From Craspedostauros australis (Eukaryota): DNA of 27,280 bases. The DNA is taken from the NCBI GenBank assembly GCA_030167865.1, contig JALAGF010001916.1:62001-89280 (forward strand). Direction: 5' to 3'. Of this stretch, positions 9,711 to 20,281 are shown piece by piece. Made by a program: the position numbers and the translations under genes. Under the pieces are notes generated by a model. That model was not told the origin of the DNA, did no database searches, and saw nothing but the letters and a program-made list of their open reading frames with translations. The number at the start of each line of letters is the position of its first letter. The first letter of the stretch is position 1.

Positions 9711-10340
9711 CTAGCCCTTGCGTTCCTTGTACCCCTTCTTTTCCTCTTCCGTCAGCGCTCGCCACATCTCACCGAGCTTCTTGCCGACGCCTCCGAACGT
9801 GATGTCGGGATTTTCATCTTTCACCTTCTGGCGGTGCTCCTTCGAGAACAGCATGAAGCCAGACAGCTTCTTCTTCGAACCTCCCTTCTTGGTTCTCTGT
9901 GTTGTCGTTCAATGGAATATGGGAGAGTAGAGTAGAATAGAGTGGTTGCCATTGTTGTCGTTGTTTCGGCAGCGGTTGGGCAAAAAGGAGAAGGCCGATG
10001 GAAGAATGGAATCAAGCATCAGGTCAGAGGGTCCGGGAGGTGTGGCTTGGCATTGAATGCCAGTAGTACCATCGCTTGACATGGCAGGGTTGGTGGATCG
10101 AAGGGAATTGCCGTGTGGAGCCGCAATGCTGTTCCATCGCCCGTTCTTGTCATCATCGCCGCTGTCATCAGAGGACTGTGCGGATACACTCCACCGATGT
10201 CCAACTTCCCAACGCATGGATTCTTGTCGCCTGTCGCAGCAAGATGGAGCAAGAAGGCAATTGCCCAACACGACGAACCGCCAAGCAATTGATCATGAAC
10301 GAACCTTCTTTGGTGAGTATGCTCCGTCCGCTTTCGCCAT
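9711..10340 (-). CDS. NHP6: Small single HMG-box protein, NHP6/HMGB-like; exons 10340-10305 and 9896-9711; 73 aa
   Basis: Spliced product MAKADGAYSPKK|RTKKGGSKKKLSGFMLFSKEHRQKVKDENPDITFGGVGKKLGEMWRALTEEEKKGYKERKG*. ENPDITFG.VGKKLGE.W.AL is near-identical to yeast Nhp6. Donor GTTCGT at 10304, acceptor CAG at 9897, phase 0. Not in the supplied ORF track. Confidence 0.88.
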
Positions 10341-11484
10341 CTTTGATCGCTGCTTGTTGCTTGCTTGCTACTCGCTGCAGGTTGATTGGATTGTGATGGT
10401 ATCTATTACAGAATATAATAATAGAATATGATACTGTATGCTTCCCTTGTTTCTCTTGCTCGCTCTCGCACTCTCACTCCCACTCTCTAGCTCGAGTGAT
10501 TGACTGTAATACTGCCGCAATCTTCGCAGGTCGTCGTCCCCTCGTCGCTGCTTCTCGCCAACCCGTGGTTGCTCCTCCTCAGCACGACCGACCTATTGGC
10601 GACACACCCGAGAGCAAACACCCCAACGGCACAGACCACACCACAAGAGAAAGGGCGCGGGGACAGGACATCGCCGGATGAGACAGACAAATCGCTTCTT
10701 CTGCGACACGCGCTGGTTCCACCAGGACAACAGCGATGGGAGCAAATTGTCGCGCTCTCTGACAACGCCACCAGCAACGGGGATTCTCATTCTCCCCTTT
10801 GGCTTCTTTCGACATCGTGACACCCGTGTCTTTTGCGAGTGCGAAAGTGCCAAAATCAAAGATTCCACACAAAGAGCGCGCGCCCAATCGTGACGTATCT
10901 TTAGTCCCGTTCGTGCCTCAGTCGTGTCAATGAACAGATTGACCACTTCGATCGCCAATCTATGTGACAATACGATGCACATGGAAAGCGATGATTATTA
11001 TATACACTCATGCATATATATATACGTGGCACGCTCGACACCATAATTAGGCACATCGGAAACATGTCGCCAAGATGGTGATCGTGTTCACAAAATGGAG
11101 GTGTCAGGGAGGAGAGACGGAGACTTGTGCGCACCTGCGAAGAAACAAACAACACGACACACAACCACGTAAAATAACATCGACAATAGAAGGCAAAAGG
11201 AACATCACTGCGGTCACGCAAGGTAGCAACATTGACACCATCACCAGCGAGTGAACATCCGTACGACTGTACTCTTCAAAGTGCTCTAATCTGTTCAATT
11301 CTACCGTCTGCATACTCCCATTGCCACGAACAACCCAAGACAACGAGCAACCCATCGGTCGAAGTGAACTGCTTCCCATCCACAGCCTTGACGACTGAGG
11401 AGGAAGCACAAGCATTGAAGACATCGGCATCGGCGTTGGCGTAGACATTGTGAACATCGCGTTTGTGATTCCCATTCCCTGTCT

Positions 11485-11588
11485 CCACACATCAGTTGAT
11501 AGATCAAGTGCAACCACAAGTGCAAGTACAAGTACACCACACATCAGTTGATAGATCAAGTGCAACCACAAGTGCAAGTACAAGTGCA
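11485..11588. repeat. Tandem duplication, 2 x 52 bp, 1 mismatch
   Basis: ccacacatcagttgatagatcaagtgcaaccacaagtgcaagtacaagt(a/g)ca at 11485-11536 and 11537-11588. Confidence 0.95.
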
Positions 11589-11644
11589 CGCATCGCAATC
11601 GCCACCGCCACCACCACACCAGTGCCGGCGTAGTCGATACCACT

Positions 11645-14600
11645 ATGGTGCATCCACACAACGTCGACATCTGCGTGACGTGCGTGAGCGACAAGCCGCC
11701 CCAGCTCCCCCTTCGTGAAGAATTGCCGAGCTTGGGAATCGAGGTCGTGTACAATGCCCAAGGATTGGCAGCGCGCGCGAGCAAGCAGGAGAGCAAGAAG
11801 CTGGTGAAGCAGCTCCGATCCAGCGATGATGCCAAGAAGCAAAAGCACCCGCGATTCTTCTCGAGGCAGAACAAGAAGAAAGCCGAACAGAAGAAGGAAG
11901 CTCGTAAGCAGCTGGAGAACAAGCTGCGAGTTCCCAAGGCGCTGTCGTATCAGAAGTACGGAAGCAACCTGGCCAAGAACGGCAGCACGGATTCCAGCTC
12001 AGGCTCCAGCGCGGGCGGAACAAACGAGGACAGCAACATCGGTGGCAAGGCCGGTGTGGCAGGCAAGAACCGAAAGGACGGGCATCAATTCCATAGGCTG
12101 CAGCAGGATGGAATGAGCGGCAACCGCATCGATCCGGGCAAGTCCAAAAGGACCGGTTGGAGGAAGTACTTGCCGGGAAGTCCACGCAAGAATTCTTCCA
12201 AGAACAACTTCAAGAACGGCAACGCTGCGAACAACAACAACAACAACTACGGGAAGAACAAGGAATCGCGCATCACGCCACCGGCGTCCGTGGAATTCCC
12301 CACCTCCGCAATCCAACCGCAGCAATACATCAAACCTATCACCGTCCCAGCAACCAAAGAGGAAGCTGCAGTTGTCAGCGCGTTCGAAGCATTCGCGGAC
12401 ATCAACCCGAGCGCCGTCTACGAAAGTCGTCCCAATGATCCGAGCAACTTGCTGCCACCGTATGAGGCTGATTTGTCAACCATCTCATCCACCCCTGTGA
12501 TGGTACAATCATCAACGCCAGTTCCGGCACCAGCCCCAAGGAAGAACGGTGATGCCGTGTCGTCTGCTGTTCTTGCACTCGATCCTCCTCCCCCTGCGCC
12601 AAAGACCCAACGAAAGTCAGATGGAAAGAAGCACGCGAGCCGTCCAATCACCACGGCGCCAGGGCCAACGCCAACACCACCAATCCCACCCTTGCAAGGA
12701 GGCGATGCTGGACACAACGGCATGTACACCACAGCTCCTGGCAGACACACGTTGAACATGACATCATTGATGGACCTGAGTCAAGAAGAGAGCTTCACGA
12801 CGCAAGGCAACTCAGATGCCTCCTTATCTTCCAAAGATCGCCTGCCCGCGAGAAGGAAGCAAGCGAATGTGGTGGTGCCGTCTGAGAATAACTTCGCCAC
12901 TGGCAACCACAACCCAATGGTACCCGTCAGAAACAGTGCACCGAACACATCCTCCAGGCGCAACGAGGTCAGCAACAAGGCACATCGCAAGGGTGATGTC
13001 GACATCAGCGGTATCGCAGATGCGATGGATCGCATAGAAGCATCCAACGACAGCAGCAACACCAGAAGCAACAGCGCCAGCTTCAACTCATACACGAACA
13101 TGAATGTGGACCTGAATGCTCTCGCGGATGGTCGCAACCAGGTTGTAGCGGGACCTGCGAACAACACCATCATCATCAACAGCGGAAACAACAACAGTGT
13201 TATCGACACTTCCAAGACCGATGCCATTGGTAGACAAACTGGCGACAATGTACCATACACCTCCAGCTCGAATGACAAGTCACACAGCGGCCGTCAGGTG
13301 GCGTCACTCGCATCGTTGGGATCATCCTACGACGCATCAACGTGGACGACCAAACTGGAACCGGCCGGATCGAAGAGCTTCGTCCATGTGGACACCACCA
13401 AGGCAATCCAAGAACACCACCTTCCAGGACTTGCCCTGGAGGAGGAGCAGCGACCGCCATCACCTCCAAGTCTGCAACAGAAAACCTCCAGCAAGGATCC
13501 ACCTGGTTCATCCAGGGACGATGAGCCCCTCTCACCTGTGGGAAACCACGCGGATGCTATTCATGGAGTTGAGGAGAACAGATTCAGCGACGATGTCAAT
13601 CCGCGGGCCACTGGCAAGTTCCAGTCGAAAGTGTTGGCGAGTGATGCCAATTACTCCTCCTCCTCCGCAACTGGTGCATCTCGGGAAGAGGCGATCCTGT
13701 TGCATCTGAATGGTGGTGGTGGTGGCAGTGGCATCGAAAACAGCGAAGATGTCAAAGACAGCGCCGAACCAGATACCAGCAACAGCACCAATATCGGTAT
13801 CACTGCCGCTGGCAATGCCACTACCATGAAACAAGTCAGCACCAACGTGGATATACAAGAGCACACAGAGCACGACGGCAACAGCACCGTCAACAAAGGC
13901 ACTCCACAATCCCATGCAAGCAATGTCATATTCGATTTCAAGAATGCAGACGCGAGACTGCAGAAGCTTGGCGTTGCCCCTGAAGGTATTGCCACAGGTA
14001 ACGACAACGGCAACACCAATGTCAACATCAGCAACAATAACTCCACCCAAGTCACCACACAGATGTTCGAATACAACGTCAGCGTCCCGATGACGTCGGG
14101 CTACGAATACGAGACAACGAACATGACGATCGACATGCCCAAGTCCATGATGGAGACCACCAACACGAACACGAACACCGAGCATGATGGCAGCACCGCC
14201 GATGACACCAACGGCGATAACAGCAGCAACCAAAAGACAGATGTAGTGCAGCAGAGCCCCACCCAGCATACTCAGCAGGCTGTGAGGGAGTTCTACGACT
14301 TGACTGAGATCTCTGACGACGATGAGATTGTCATCGATGCCTTGTCCGCCAGCCAAGTCACGAGCGTCGTTTCGCTGGAAGACAATCCTTTCCCCATCCA
14401 ATCGCCGCGTAGCGACATGGGAGATGAGAGCCTCGGCGATTCCAACAGCGTCGGTGCTGGCAACGGTGACCATGACCATGGTGCAGGTACCCTGAACCAG
14501 CATATCGATGATGGCAACCAGCGGCAACGAGCGGCTGATGACATTGCAGGGCGCCCAATGATGCCTCCGCAGCCGCAGGAAGGTGCTGAGCAACGGTTGC

Positions 14601-17600
14601 CGCAACAACGAATACCTGCAGCAATGGAAATGGGAGCAACCAACTACTCAGAGCGGCGAGATGTCGCTGCAGTGGACCACAACCGGAACGGTGAACGCCC
14701 AAGCCGAGCGCAAAGCGCCAACCAGCGCCATTCAACCCCGCCAGCTGCCATCAACAGAATTGGCAGCGACCCGACCACATCTGCGAGTCCGAGTGCTCTG
14801 TCAGCCCGCCAAAACCAGAGGTACCAATCCCCCGGTCCCTTGCCATCTTCGATGTCAAATCCGACACACTACGGCAGCCATCACCAACAACCAAATCAGT
14901 TCCAGTCGCAAAAGCAGCACATGTACTCGCATCCGCATCCGCACCATCATCAACGCCCTTCGCCTCTCATCCCTGACAGAAACTTGATGGATGATGACGT
15001 GACGTCGCGTTCCGCTGACAGCAAGGAGTCCTCGGACCAACACGCCATGTCCTTCGATGAGCTGCGGGAGGCGCCGACGGAACCAACCAGTCATCATAGC
15101 CGTGACAAACGCCCAGTCGACGCAGACATCCTCGGTCTGATCCGCACCACCCAGGATCGAATCTTGCGCAACTACCAACAGCAGGAATTGGAGTATGAAC
15201 AACAACAGCAAGAGCAGCGACAGCAGCAGCAAAATCCACAACCAGCACGCATGGTGGATTCCGCTTCTCCATTGCGTCAGGCCATGGCTGACAATGTAGG
15301 TGCAGATCCATACTACCGTCCAGGCGTCGAAGAGAGCAAATCAGGCACATACTACGAAGATCCCAACCCGAGAGTGACATTTGATCAAAACGTGCACCAG
15401 ATGGTTCCAGCGACATCTGTGCCACCAATGCCAATGTCCACGCCACCCGCGTTGTACCAAGCCGACGGAAACCCCGGCGATTCTGGAAGTGCTGACACCA
15501 GCACCAACAACAGCGACATGCACGCCAACGCCAACTTGAACGACGCTGACGAATTCCGTGATGCCGACGAGCAGCTGCAAGGTCTCAATGCAGCTGACGT
15601 GGATGTTCCGCAGCAACAATACCAGCAGCAATATCAGCAGCAGCATCGTAGCAACGCGGCAGGCTACGACGCGATGCAAAGCATGGTCACCGCAGATGAC
15701 TTCCATCATAATGTGACAAGAGCAGACTCGCATGAAGTCATTCAAGTCTCAACGAACACGAGCAACGATCCAGGGGAAGACCGAATTGATGAAGAGGTTC
15801 TTGGAGACATCTTCATGCAGCAGCACGATCGCCTGCATGGCAACTTTGATACAATCGATCAATCCATCGACCAGAAGTTGCAGCATCGCGACAGCCAGCA
15901 GCATGATGTTCATCATCAAATGCGCAATAGTTCACCGGAACAGGACACATTGGAGTACAGCAGCAGCATCCATCCCAATCGTGACATAATCACCAGCATG
16001 AACTACGATTCGTACTCCCAAAGCGAAAACCGCGATCACGACAGGTACGAGGTTGGACAAGGCGGATACAGCCAGCCCAGGATTTCGAGTGATCATGATG
16101 ATCATCAATATCATGATGAGAGACAGGTTAATTTCCAACACCAACGAGGAAATCATGCGATGGAGCCGACATCATCATCACCGTCACCACGTCCAAACAC
16201 CGTCGATGTCAATGAGTCTTCGCAACGACCAGCGCAACAGCATCCCGATGCACCTGGAGTCATTCACATCGACAGCGGCATGAGTGGTGAACCTCGCATT
16301 TCGAGCATCGATGCGGCCGATCGCAGTGGCGAAGAAGAAACAACGCAACTTCAGTTGGATGGCAGTCCGCTGAACCCAGCCACTCCTCAAAATGAAGCAC
16401 GGCTGGACTTGGACACTCCAACAGTCAAAGCCAATAATGACGGCGAGCGCCATGACGATGATGATGAGACGCAGGCGCACATTGATAATCTCAACAACTT
16501 CAGCGCAAGCCCAATGAGAAGCATGCAACAGCAACCAATGAATGCAACAGCGGCGGCAAAGTCAGAGGCGGCGACGAGGCCGAATACGGATGACCAACCT
16601 GAGCACATGATGGGCCACCTCCCTGTGTTTGGTTTCAAGATGAATGCGCGTGATACATATGCGGACATTCCACAATTGCTGTGGGAGAAGCCGTCGTTAC
16701 CACATCGCAAGCTCGAAGGAGTTCACGATCAGTACCTCATCCACGCCCTGTGCAACAAGGAGCTGGACATTCCACCACCTGGACCCACCAAGACGCTGAC
16801 GGATGCTCTCATCTCCACCGTCGACACTCACCTCAGCAACATCAGGCTTGTCGCATCGCGAAACATCGAGGCATGCCTTCACGCGGATGCATACAACGAT
16901 CTCCCCGTTCACCTCCTGGCCAGGCGGCTGATGGAGTGGGAAGGAGAATGGTACCAGGGCGTCTACGAACGAGCGCAGGAGGAAGACGAGAGGAAGAACA
17001 GCAACGGTGGAACCGGCGGCACGATCAGCAGTGCGGAGGCGGTCACCCGCCTGTACCAAGGCATGTCGCAGTGCATCGACGCAGTGCTCAGCCCCATCGG
17101 GAGCAACTCGTACCTCTGCCGGCGGGACGGCAGCATCGGCGTCATGCTCCCATTGCATGTCGCATCCATCTTCACCGTCCCCTTCACGACGCTCAACGCC
17201 ATTTTGGATGGATATCCAGCAGCCGCGGGCATTCCTTGCAATCTCGAAGGCTTGAACACGTTCATTCCGGCCGAGTGCTTCCCCCTGGAATTGCACGACC
17301 GTCTCTCGACCGACTTTCCGAAATGGGAAATAGAGAATGCTGCAACAACCACCGCGAACGATAGTGGAAACGTCACCAGCAAGGACAAGTCCAAACTCCG
17401 ACGATCCGATCTGCTGTTTGCGTACCATCCTGGCATCTCGCCATACCAATTCGATGAGGACCGGATCCAGAGGCTGGAGGAGCACATCGTCGATGAGGTG
17501 CAACGTGTTGTCGACAAGAACGAGAACGGCGAATTCCACCTCTCGCGTGCCACGCAGAGAATGTGGGTCTGGTTCTGCACGGAGGGTGGCGATCTGCACG

Positions 17601-19897
17601 TGCCGAGCATGGAGAGGATCCTGAGAGAGCTGTCGTACCGCTGCGTCCTGGTGCTGGCTTCCGTCGTCGATGCTGCATCTGGCAAGCACGTGGTGGACGT
17701 AGCCTCCAGCACGTGCGCCGTGATCACGCGAGAGCATTTGGAACGGTTGTCGGCGTTGCACATTCCCGTTCCCATGGAAGTGGAACGCATCCACACGAGT
17801 AAGCGGTTGGAGACTTGGGAACGCGAGATCATCAGCCGTCGTCAGTTCCAGGGCCGCGGATTCGCCAGCTCCGTCTTCCGCACGGCCTTCAACGTCTCAG
17901 AGGACAAGTTCCCAACCTCCTTCGTTCTGCTGCCGTACAAGCTGGTGCGCGACCGTCAAGGACGGTTGGGATTGGAATCCGAGCACGCTGCCCAGATTGC
18001 GATGCGGTTTGCGGACTGCCTTATCGAACTGACATCGCCTGAGTTCATCTGCCAGCTCATGCACAAGAAGACTCAGCGATTCCACACAAACGGCGAAAGC
18101 TGCAACATGTACACCCTGCAAACCACGGAGACGAGGGCGTTCCAGATCGCGCTCGAGGACTTCCTCGATCTCTACCAGGGTGACGAGGCGTACCTCTACC
18201 TCATGGACGAATACAAGGGCGTTCCCATCGTGCCCAACGCCGGTGATGTGTACCCGCTTCCGGTCACCGACGCCGCAGACATCGTGCAGAAGGTCCTCCC
18301 GTTGATGGTGGGTGGGATGTTGCAGATGCGAGGCAACAAGTCGCTTTCCATCATCGCTGAGGTGATTGCCCGCGACACGCTGCCAGCCATCGGCGAGTGC
18401 TGGAGGGAGGCAGCCAAGGACATCACCGGCTTCATCTTCTCGCCGCAAACGCAGTGGACCCAATCGTTCCTGCAGGAACTCTTGCCGCAACGTGATGACA
18501 TCCTGGATGTCCTTGACGATGACGCTGATGCTGAAAACGGCAAGGACGAAGAAAACGACCACATCATCCTCAACCGTCGCAACCATCAGAGCGCCGAGTC
18601 TGGCGTCGACAAGCTCCAGCACATGGCGATGAGGCAGAAGAAGAGGAAATGCAAGTGCGATTGCACGGCCCGCACCTCCACCGGTGCTTGGGTCGTGGAA
18701 CTGTCCCTGCTGCGCATGCTGCTGGAGATGCATGATCCCAAGCACACCTTCGCCGGCCTCAAGCTGCGGCGCAAGGGTAATCAGGTGCTTTGGAGCGCAG
18801 ACTTGCGATTCCTTCACAAAACGTTGAGCGACCGCACGTACGTCCACTACGACTTCAAATCCGTCGAAGATCTGAGGATCCTGTCCTCGCTGGAGGCGGA
18901 GAATCAGAACAACGCGGCGCAGCAAGGATGGGATGACGACAACGAGGCCAGCGTCACCGATGATGACGATGATAATACCTTTGACAACAGGTCTCATCAC
19001 AGTCGCGAAAGCTACGTCGGGTCATCGTATGACATGCTCTTCGGCGAGCTCTCCCTCACGAAGGAAAGCAGCGACGTAGCCACTAGCACTGGCGCCAGCA
19101 ACGCAGTCTCCCGCAACGGCTTCCACATCCACAACCAGAACAACCTGAATCAAATGTCTGCAGTGTCGGAAGCTCGTGATGATTTGGAAGAGGCCAGTGA
19201 TCAGGACAGAGCTGTTCCCGCAACTGGAATCAACAACGCCGCGGCTGTCGATGAAGAAACCGACAATGAAGCAAGCGAACGATTGACCTTGATTGAACGA
19301 TTGAGAAGGTTGCGCCTTGAAGCAGCCAATCGCACTCGCAATGGCAACAGATCCACTGACGTTGAAGTTGCTGACAGTTCTGATGGTGCTGCTGCCGACG
19401 GTGCTGACAAGAAGGACGCCAAGACAAACGCCCTCGGCCACTCCACACAGCCCATCGTCATCCATTCCGTCCTGGAGCCCATGACTGAGACCTTTGCGTC
19501 GGAGGCGGAACCGATCTCCCTGCTGGACTTCGATGATGACTTCCGTCTCGATGGATTCCTGCAGATGCGCATCCAGCTGGACGAACAGGAAGCGAAGCTG
19601 GACTTCCTGGGCGAGAAGCTGTCTCGCATCCACATGGCGGAAAAGGATCTTTTGGATGACGAGGATAAGATCGCGAACATGCTGGAATCCGCACAGGCCA
19701 AGACTGGTGCGCTCGTCAAGGCATCATCTGGCACAGGATGCGGATTGACGGAAGCAAGGAAGCTGCTGATCCGTTTGTGCGATTTGGAGGATCGGTTGCT
19801 GTGCAAGGAAGTTGAGGTTCAGCATCTGAAGCTGGACATCTCCGTGTTCGAGATGGAGGCCCACACCAAGAAGATGTCGTCAACCATCACAGAGTGA
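11645..19897 (+). CDS. Giant intronless 2750-aa protein: ~1650-aa disordered N/S/Q/P/H-rich N-terminus, ankyrin-like repeats, Roco COR-B-like domain, C-terminal coiled coil
   Basis: Uninterrupted 8.25-kb ORF. Ankyrin-like DAYNDLPVHLL, GVMLPLHVA and LDGYPAAA. Motifs PTSFVLLPYKL, YLYLMDEYKGVP..YPLPV and LRMLLEMHDPKHTFAGLKLRRKGNQVLWS. Heptads in the last ~110 aa. Confidence 0.9.
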   Translation: MVHPHNVDICVTCVSDKPPQLPLREELPSLGIEVVYNAQGLAARASKQESKKLVKQLRSSDDAKKQKHPRFFSRQNKKKAEQKKEARKQLENKLRVPKALSYQKYGSNLAKNGSTDSSSGSSAGGTNEDSNIGGKAGVAGKNRKDGHQFHRLQQDGMSGNRIDPGKSKRTGWRKYLPGSPRKNSSKNNFKNGNAANNNNNNYGKNKESRITPPASVEFPTSAIQPQQYIKPITVPATKEEAAVVSAFEAFADINPSAVYESRPNDPSNLLPPYEADLSTISSTPVMVQSSTPVPAPAPRKNGDAVSSAVLALDPPPPAPKTQRKSDGKKHASRPITTAPGPTPTPPIPPLQGGDAGHNGMYTTAPGRHTLNMTSLMDLSQEESFTTQGNSDASLSSKDRLPARRKQANVVVPSENNFATGNHNPMVPVRNSAPNTSSRRNEVSNKAHRKGDVDISGIADAMDRIEASNDSSNTRSNSASFNSYTNMNVDLNALADGRNQVVAGPANNTIIINSGNNNSVIDTSKTDAIGRQTGDNVPYTSSSNDKSHSGRQVASLASLGSSYDASTWTTKLEPAGSKSFVHVDTTKAIQEHHLPGLALEEEQRPPSPPSLQQKTSSKDPPGSSRDDEPLSPVGNHADAIHGVEENRFSDDVNPRATGKFQSKVLASDANYSSSSATGASREEAILLHLNGGGGGSGIENSEDVKDSAEPDTSNSTNIGITAAGNATTMKQVSTNVDIQEHTEHDGNSTVNKGTPQSHASNVIFDFKNADARLQKLGVAPEGIATGNDNGNTNVNISNNNSTQVTTQMFEYNVSVPMTSGYEYETTNMTIDMPKSMMETTNTNTNTEHDGSTADDTNGDNSSNQKTDVVQQSPTQHTQQAVREFYDLTEISDDDEIVIDALSASQVTSVVSLEDNPFPIQSPRSDMGDESLGDSNSVGAGNGDHDHGAGTLNQHIDDGNQRQRAADDIAGRPMMPPQPQEGAEQRLPQQRIPAAMEMGATNYSERRDVAAVDHNRNGERPSRAQSANQRHSTPPAAINRIGSDPTTSASPSALSARQNQRYQSPGPLPSSMSNPTHYGSHHQQPNQFQSQKQHMYSHPHPHHHQRPSPLIPDRNLMDDDVTSRSADSKESSDQHAMSFDELREAPTEPTSHHSRDKRPVDADILGLIRTTQDRILRNYQQQELEYEQQQQEQRQQQQNPQPARMVDSASPLRQAMADNVGADPYYRPGVEESKSGTYYEDPNPRVTFDQNVHQMVPATSVPPMPMSTPPALYQADGNPGDSGSADTSTNNSDMHANANLNDADEFRDADEQLQGLNAADVDVPQQQYQQQYQQQHRSNAAGYDAMQSMVTADDFHHNVTRADSHEVIQVSTNTSNDPGEDRIDEEVLGDIFMQQHDRLHGNFDTIDQSIDQKLQHRDSQQHDVHHQMRNSSPEQDTLEYSSSIHPNRDIITSMNYDSYSQSENRDHDRYEVGQGGYSQPRISSDHDDHQYHDERQVNFQHQRGNHAMEPTSSSPSPRPNTVDVNESSQRPAQQHPDAPGVIHIDSGMSGEPRISSIDAADRSGEEETTQLQLDGSPLNPATPQNEARLDLDTPTVKANNDGERHDDDDETQAHIDNLNNFSASPMRSMQQQPMNATAAAKSEAATRPNTDDQPEHMMGHLPVFGFKMNARDTYADIPQLLWEKPSLPHRKLEGVHDQYLIHALCNKELDIPPPGPTKTLTDALISTVDTHLSNIRLVASRNIEACLHADAYNDLPVHLLARRLMEWEGEWYQGVYERAQEEDERKNSNGGTGGTISSAEAVTRLYQGMSQCIDAVLSPIGSNSYLCRRDGSIGVMLPLHVASIFTVPFTTLNAILDGYPAAAGIPCNLEGLNTFIPAECFPLELHDRLSTDFPKWEIENAATTTANDSGNVTSKDKSKLRRSDLLFAYHPGISPYQFDEDRIQRLEEHIVDEVQRVVDKNENGEFHLSRATQRMWVWFCTEGGDLHVPSMERILRELSYRCVLVLASVVDAASGKHVVDVASSTCAVITREHLERLSALHIPVPMEVERIHTSKRLETWEREIISRRQFQGRGFASSVFRTAFNVSEDKFPTSFVLLPYKLVRDRQGRLGLESEHAAQIAMRFADCLIELTSPEFICQLMHKKTQRFHTNGESCNMYTLQTTETRAFQIALEDFLDLYQGDEAYLYLMDEYKGVPIVPNAGDVYPLPVTDAADIVQKVLPLMVGGMLQMRGNKSLSIIAEVIARDTLPAIGECWREAAKDITGFIFSPQTQWTQSFLQELLPQRDDILDVLDDDADAENGKDEENDHIILNRRNHQSAESGVDKLQHMAMRQKKRKCKCDCTARTSTGAWVVELSLLRMLLEMHDPKHTFAGLKLRRKGNQVLWSADLRFLHKTLSDRTYVHYDFKSVEDLRILSSLEAENQNNAAQQGWDDDNEASVTDDDDDNTFDNRSHHSRESYVGSSYDMLFGELSLTKESSDVATSTGASNAVSRNGFHIHNQNNLNQMSAVSEARDDLEEASDQDRAVPATGINNAAAVDEETDNEASERLTLIERLRRLRLEAANRTRNGNRSTDVEVADSSDGAAADGADKKDAKTNALGHSTQPIVIHSVLEPMTETFASEAEPISLLDFDDDFRLDGFLQMRIQLDEQEAKLDFLGEKLSRIHMAEKDLLDDEDKIANMLESAQAKTGALVKASSGTGCGLTEARKLLIRLCDLEDRLLCKEVEVQHLKLDISVFEMEAHTKKMSSTITE

Positions 19898-19911
19898 AAG
19901 GTGTGAACAGC

Positions 19912-19926
19912 GAGAGAGAGAGAGAG
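19912..19926. repeat. (GA)n microsatellite in the 3' UTR
   Basis: gagagagagagagag just after the stop codon of the giant ORF. Confidence 0.8.
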
Positions 19927-20281
19927 CGATTGCTCAATACAACGATTCCTCGTACTTGTGCCATCCAGTAATGTGTGTGATACATACTAATACTGTACTA
20001 CCCGTTCTTGCATGCTATTCTATCTGAAGACCAGCAGAATGAATCAAGCATCAACCGCAACTACAGCTGTAACTATTATTCAACTACAACTGTAACATAT
20101 ACTACCATATGACGTCATGTCGTGTCAACATAACATCAACATCGTCGACCACAAACAACATCACAACGAAAATGAAACGAAAAGCAACGGAGATCGAGGT
20201 TGTAGGTTGGACGAGTTGATTGGTGCACCGATGCTGCGTCTGAATGCTCGTGGGGTGATCCTTCCACAAATTACCATGCTT

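Noticed and set aside
11485-11588. CRISPR-like appearance of repeated 52-mers
   Set aside because: The copies abut with no unique spacers, there are only two, the context is eukaryotic, and there are no cas genes.
12119-12145. GNRIDPGKS as a possible P-loop in the giant protein
   Set aside because: Spacing is wrong (five residues between the glycines), there is no preceding hydrophobic strand, and the context is disordered.
16697-19806. Long antisense ORFs (289-367 aa) opposite the giant gene; similarly 6686-7426, 13532-14608 and 23873-24715
   Set aside because: Shadow ORFs expected from GC-rich codon bias on the coding strand; no recognisable motifs.
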